A DNA stretch of 64,000 nucleotides, from positions 7,316,001 to 7,380,000 of the forward strand of contig NW_026889769.1 in the NCBI RefSeq assembly GCF_033153115.1, read 5' to 3'. Positions 60,301-64,000 of the stretch are shown one piece after another (position 1 is the stretch's first letter; each line of letters opens with the position of its first letter). Below the pieces are notes generated by a model. The model was not told where the DNA came from and made no database searches. It saw only the letters and a program-made list of their open reading frames with translations. The stretch comes from Saccostrea echinata. Its lineage: Eukaryota. Both the position numbers and the translations under genes were made by a program.

Positions 60301-63300
60301 GATCATTTGAGCCTTCAGCTCAGGTGAACTAAAAATTTTACAGATATAAATTCACATCAAATACCTGAAGCTACAGGACTCCAGTAGTACAGGAGCAGGT
60401 CCCTGGAACAGACCTTGGTCTTTCTGAAGTCTGTCAAAGGATTCTGGGAAGAATTCCACCATCAGTTCCAAAATACTGGAGGCTAGGGACAGAATACCAG
60501 CGTGGGAACGATAATTGTGAGTCAGCTGGTACACCTACAAGATTTCAGTATAAGTATTTCTCTTTGACAAAGTTAAAATTATTATAATTCTGGGACTGAA
60601 AAGACCGTACATTCCTCTACAAAATAGTACTCCTTTTTTTTGCAAAAGAAATTTGTTTTTAAATCCCACTTTTTTTGAAAGGGGGGGGGGGGGTTGAGGA
60701 GAGGAACAATTAATTGTTGTAGTTTTAAGTTCCTTGCAGGATTATTTCACTCATAAAAGACATCATCAGATACCTGTAAAGCAGGGATTGACACTAACTT
60801 TGAAACCATAGTTGCCCGCAGGGCTAGCAATTTCAAATTTCTACTAGCCCTGATCATGAATTAGTTGTCCAGCAGCCAAAGGCTGCTGGCCGAGTCGCGA
60901 AGCCACAAGGGGGGAGGTAGGTGTGGGAGGGGGTTTCCCCCTCCTGCCGGCGGGGGTACGGGGGGCCTCCCCCAGAAAATTGTTAAAATAGAGATGCCAA
61001 AGCCTGGATTCTGGCTACATTTTTGGGTAAAATTATATGTCACTTCATGACTGAACAAAAGACGTTTTTCTTATTGAAAAATTCCACATTTACAGTCATT
61101 TAGGGTATTCCGAATCACCTTTTGCATTTTGACTGCAAACAATCTGATTAAAAAGTTCGTAACTGGTTATTTAGTATTAAAGAAAAGTCAAGTATATGAA
61201 ATCAGATCTACAATACAAGGCAAGTCCATCTTCGATACAGTCAAAAATGATAATAAAAAATGTATGAAAATGAATTAAACTAATTTGATAATGTTAAGAT
61301 ATCAGAAACAATGTATTATTATTTCTGTATAACAAGAACGTACTGGCATGCTTGTATAGATCTGTGTGAAATGTATTTCAGTGTATGATAAAAAGGTCAA
61401 TACTGACCAATATATACCGGGGCTAATTTTTATTCACTGTTGCTTTTCATACTTTAACTTTTATATTCCTTGCATTTAAAGAAAGCTACATGTTACAAAA
61501 ATATCTGACATATTCAGTAAGTGTGCGTGTGCAATTTGTTTGGTTGCGGTAATGTTCGAAATAACCCAAACTGTAGGGTACTTCAAATGCAGTAATTATT
61601 TTTTTTTTTAATTTTGAGGTGTTGTCAAAAACAATAAATGCTCATGGAAGCTTTTAAAATTGTCGTTCTATCAATCTGTCAATTCCTAATGCATCGTGTT
61701 TCACCCACAAACAATGCTACGACATCGATGAGGAAAACCATACGTTTTCAACACGAGCATTTCTTCAATAAGGATAATTAATCAATTAGATTGCTAATTT
61801 TTTAATTAACACATGATGTTTATCTCTTTAATTTTTTTGTATCTGATAAGTCTTTTGATAACTGGTTGGTTGCCACACATGTGGATGTGTCGTGCAATGT
61901 ACAGCGATAAGGTAAGTTACCGAGAATCGCAAAACACGGGATGATTCGGAAAGTAACAAAATTGGGACTTGTGTGCTTTTAAATTAATTTTTTCATGCTC
62001 CGATTGAGTGTTTGGTAATAAATTGCAGTAGCCCTGCTGGACAAACTCGAAGACATGTTTAGTAGCCCGACCTCAATTTTCAGGTGTCCCAGCTAGCGGG
62101 CTACCGTTAGTGTCGAACCCTGTAAAGTGCTTCAAATTTAGACCTTTACTCAATGTCATTGAGCACAGAGGATTTTATATAGTGCCAATGCTTGCTGTGA
62201 CACCAGGCCTCAATTTTTTAGGTATCATCTGAGAGACACACAATTTTTACTTCAAGGTGCCAAGCAGTTCGCAAAGAAAGGGTTGCTTTTTATTTTTTAT
62301 CAACTTAATTTTGTTGTGGTCGGTAGAAAGCTAAATCGGTTTTTCTAACCAATGAAACAACCTTTTCTAAATTTTTTCTTCAGCAAATGTAAAACATAGA
62401 ATAAAAAGTTCCTTGAAATATAAATGAATTACTTGTTTTGGCACTTTTACACCAGATGCCTTGCCAATAGCATGCATGGATTTCTTGGCATAGAAGAAGA
62501 GAGAGCGGAGATCATTGAATCTGAAAGCTATTCCTCTCATGATGCTCTGTGCTGTGTCCCCCGTCAGGAACATCTCGTTTGGTGACTGACACACCCGCAA
62601 TAGAAGGCACAATTCAGCCTGAGTAAAGTCCTGGGTCTCATCCACATAAATCTGATGGATGATCCATTTCATTTCTTTCTCCTTTTTAAACCTAAATGGC
62701 ATATTCAATGTTTGTCAAAATTCAATAAATAGTACATATCTGCTTTCCTTGAAGTCAATAAAGAACCTATAAACTGAACTTGAAATGTTTGAAGTTTTCC
62801 TATGTAAAATTTTAATTACAAACCTGTTGTAGACATTTTGTACCAAATCTGTTTCATCAAACAGAAACTTTTGGCTCTTGAAGTGGTCATACTTCCTAAA
62901 TATCTCATAAATGTGCTCTCTTTCCCCAGAGAAATTAGGAGCCCTTTTTCTTCCTAAATCCAAGTATTCCTGCTTAGACAAGTATCCTGTAGGCTTAGAG
63001 AGAGCTTCAAATGATCCTCTGATGAAGGACATGATTTCCATCCAGATGAGAGATGGATGATAGCGCCCTGACCACTTCTTACTTATTCTTGGCCAAACTT
63101 CCTCAGCAAATACTTCATATGTGACCTCCCTCCTTGGGTCGACTTTCTTGCGGGGACGGGCTCCAAGTTCTTGATCTTCATCACTGTCATCTTCCTCCTC
63201 ATCTGCGTCTTGGTATTGATCATCTTCATCTTCCTCATCATCTGAAACCTCTTCTAACATGGGGAGGAAGCTTAAAGCCCCATCTGTTTCTGACCATCCT

Positions 63301-64000
63301 TGGACATCTACCTACAATTTACACAACACTCCTGAATTTCAAAAACATCACACATAATTAACCTTAATAATATTTTATCATTTTTTTTTAAGGAAAATCC
63401 AATTCAGTCCATTTTAAGTAACCATAACAGTCAACCTTTAAACTTCCATCTTCATTTCTGTCAAAGAAATAAGGTGGTTCTAAGGAAGCATCCAACATCA
63501 GGAGCAGTTTCTTTGATGTGGTGAATACTGGGAACTGGAAATCACCAATGTCCTGTATCCTGTTAGGAAGCACCTGGTCCTCCATTGTGACAAAGTTCTT
63601 AGCTACATCACAGGCATGGCTGAGCTCCCTGAAATTTTTCTGGACCTCACTACACAGAACTACATTCTTGGTAATGAAGATTTGATGAAGATGGTCATAC
63701 AGCTGTCCCTCTTCTTCCATTTCTTCTTCATTTACTGCTCTGACTGGTTCTTCATCTGCTGTTTCTTCTTCTTGGTCTTCTGCTGCTTCCTCCTCTTCTC
63801 CTAAATTTCAAAGGAACACATCTTTGAAGTTTCATTTACTACAAAGTATGCAAATGAAAGACCCCCTCCCCAATAATTTAAAAAGTAATCTCATTTTCCT
63901 CAATACTTTTACTTGAATTGTAAAAAAAATTTTATCCTCCATTGAAGAAAATTGAATACCCACCATCAGCAATGTCTTCCTCCTCTTGTCTGAAGATCTG
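48175..64000 (-). CDS. TRANK1: TRANK1/LBA1-like TPR and ankyrin repeat protein with UvrD-like SF1 helicase, 5'-partial; complement(join(48175-48327,51927-54994,55193-55424,55673-55837,55959-56109,56267-56441,56597-56815,59032-59137,59280-59484,60365-60534,62433-62691,62824-63311,63436-63800,63964->64000))
   Basis: Spliced length in the window is 5793 nt = 1931 codons in one frame. It contains UvrD motifs YVDETQD, TGDTAQSI, LTHNYRS, TIYEAKGLEFD and LYTAVTRAR, then TPR-like helices, then an acidic-then-basic C-terminus like vertebrate TRANK1. Confidence 0.93.
48610..51829 (+). mobile_element. Two head-to-tail Helentron-like elements (48610-49529; 49529-51829) with ~465-470-bp internal repeats
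   Basis: Each starts tagggcttttcgc..gaaaagccc plus (att)n and ends with hairpin tttttgtt..cgacaaaaa plus CTAGT; ctatgggagtt recurs at 50336, 50800 and 51271. Confidence 0.8.
49869..50335. mobile_element. TIR MITE (467 bp) with 6-bp TSD, nested in the Helentron
   Basis: Perfect 15-bp TIR cagacttgtcgaaat; TSD ctatgg (49863-68 / 50336-41). Confidence 0.88.
51927..54994 (-). CDS. TRANK1: TRANK1 3068-bp exon (helical/TPR-like region, CCCH-like finger, C-terminal CxxC...HxxxxxH)
   Basis: Core of the 1061-aa ORF; ttctgtttcag acceptor in phase 1, gag|gtgggt donor. Confidence 0.92.
55193..55424 (-). CDS. TRANK1: TRANK1 exon (DLERKRIP...AAFLFQEA)
   Basis: tttaag acceptor, gtaggt donor. Confidence 0.88.
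55673..55837 (-). CDS. TRANK1: TRANK1 exon (LEKAGETYRKL...CYEQLGKF...YKLLKE)
   Basis: ttgtag acceptor, gtattt donor; absent from the ORF track. Confidence 0.9.
55959..56109 (-). CDS. TRANK1: TRANK1 exon (MKDNPAKMREAFLRAAEKF...YEKINQ)
   Basis: tttag acceptor, gtcagt donor. Confidence 0.92.
56267..56441 (-). CDS. TRANK1: TRANK1 exon (MFAEESTSEEWLKRG...AAKCF)
   Basis: tttcag acceptor, gtttgt donor; TPR-like. Confidence 0.92.
56597..56815 (-). CDS. TRANK1: TRANK1 exon, helicase motif VI (ELKHLYTAVTRARVNVWIFD)
   Basis: ttcag acceptor, gtattg donor. Confidence 0.95.
56950..57711 (-). mobile_element. HINE with ~150-157-bp satellite (4 units) in a TRANK1 intron
   Basis: aatgaatcccaccatat recurs at ~57089, 57245, 57394, 57551; terminal hairpin tataccccc...ggggtata. 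Confidence 0.8.
58192..58865 (+). mobile_element. HINE of the 404-1400 family, opposite orientation
   Basis: aatcgaagatttggg, (ctgt) microsatellite, tgtgacaagacct units; ends gtgtttcacaaacacatcttgttt. Confidence 0.78.
59032..59137 (-). CDS. TRANK1: TRANK1 exon (ATKEWRVVTEYLEKL...VEIDA)
   Basis: ttag acceptor, gtaagg donor; phases 0/1 fit; absent from the ORF track. Confidence 0.88.
59280..59484 (-). CDS. TRANK1: TRANK1 exon, helicase motif V (TIYEAKGLEFDD)
   Basis: aaatag acceptor, gtatga donor. Confidence 0.95.
59790..60334 (-). mobile_element. HINE of the ~167-bp satellite family, reverse orientation
   Basis: Ends gatcagaaaagatcatttgagccttcagctcaggtgaactaa, the reverse complement of the 24310 start. 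Confidence 0.75.
60365..60534 (-). CDS. TRANK1: TRANK1 exon, helicase motif IV (LTHNYRSH)
   Basis: ttgtag acceptor, gtattt donor. Confidence 0.95.
60715..62335 (-). mobile_element. Old SINE remnant (60715-60781 plus 62123-62335) split by the TIR element
   Basis: Rejoined sequence ...tttcactcata..cctgtaaagtgcttcaaatttagacc..cattgagca..tgtgacac..tcatctga matches the reverse of the 43839 SINE. Confidence 0.6.
60782..62122. mobile_element. hAT-like non-autonomous TIR element (1341 bp) inserted into an old SINE
   Basis: 17-bp TIRs cagggattgacactaac / gttagtgtcgaaccctg; subterminal tagccc/gggcta repeats; flanking duplication (ctg)taaag. Confidence 0.78.
62433..62691 (-). CDS. TRANK1: TRANK1 exon, helicase motifs II-III (YVDETQDF...TGDTAQSI)
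   Basis: tttag acceptor, gtaatt donor. Confidence 0.95.
62824..63311 (-). CDS. TRANK1: TRANK1 exon (VDVQGW...EVTYEVFAEEVWP...FDETDLVQNVYNR)
   Basis: ttgtag acceptor, gtttgt donor; open frame. Confidence 0.92.
63436..63800 (-). CDS. TRANK1: TRANK1 exon (EEEEAA...HLHQIFITKN...LLLMLDASL...DGSLK)
   Basis: tttag acceptor, gttgac donor; contains the helicase motif Ia region QIFITKN. Confidence 0.9.
63964..64000 (-). CDS. TRANK1: TRANK1 exon, partial at window edge (QIFRQEEEDIAD)
   Basis: g|gtgggt donor; phase 1 matches the next exon. Confidence 0.75.

Noticed and set aside
60861-61058. Overlapping G/P-rich ORFs on both strands
   Set aside because: They lie within the GC-rich subterminal block of a non-autonomous TIR element.

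Overview
AT-rich eukaryotic genomic DNA, most likely a bivalve mollusc such as an oyster (inferred from the repeat families). Two spliced genes converge tail-to-tail. (1) On the + strand is WDR4/Trm82, the non-catalytic subunit of the tRNA m7G46 methyltransferase: 8 phase-consistent GT-AG exons from 3087 to the stop at 33691 (~352 aa), with the N-terminal exon(s) not identified, probably upstream of the window. Its introns are unusually long (up to 10.8 kb). (2) On the - strand is TRANK1/LBA1, a TPR/ankyrin protein with a UvrD-like SF1 helicase: 14 exons from beyond 64000 to the stop at 48175 (~1930 codons in the window), including a 3068-bp exon. The intergenic region and many introns are filled with non-autonomous Helentron-like (HINE) elements carrying internal satellite arrays, often nested, plus TIR MITEs and tRNA-derived SINEs. 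The most unusual observation is that the three 47-51-bp minisatellites in WDR4 introns each look like a head-to-tail amplification of an exon/5'-splice-site junction. Two derive from real WDR4 exon ends. The third points to a possible unannotated antisense 33-nt microexon. Most short ORFs in the supplied track are spurious.
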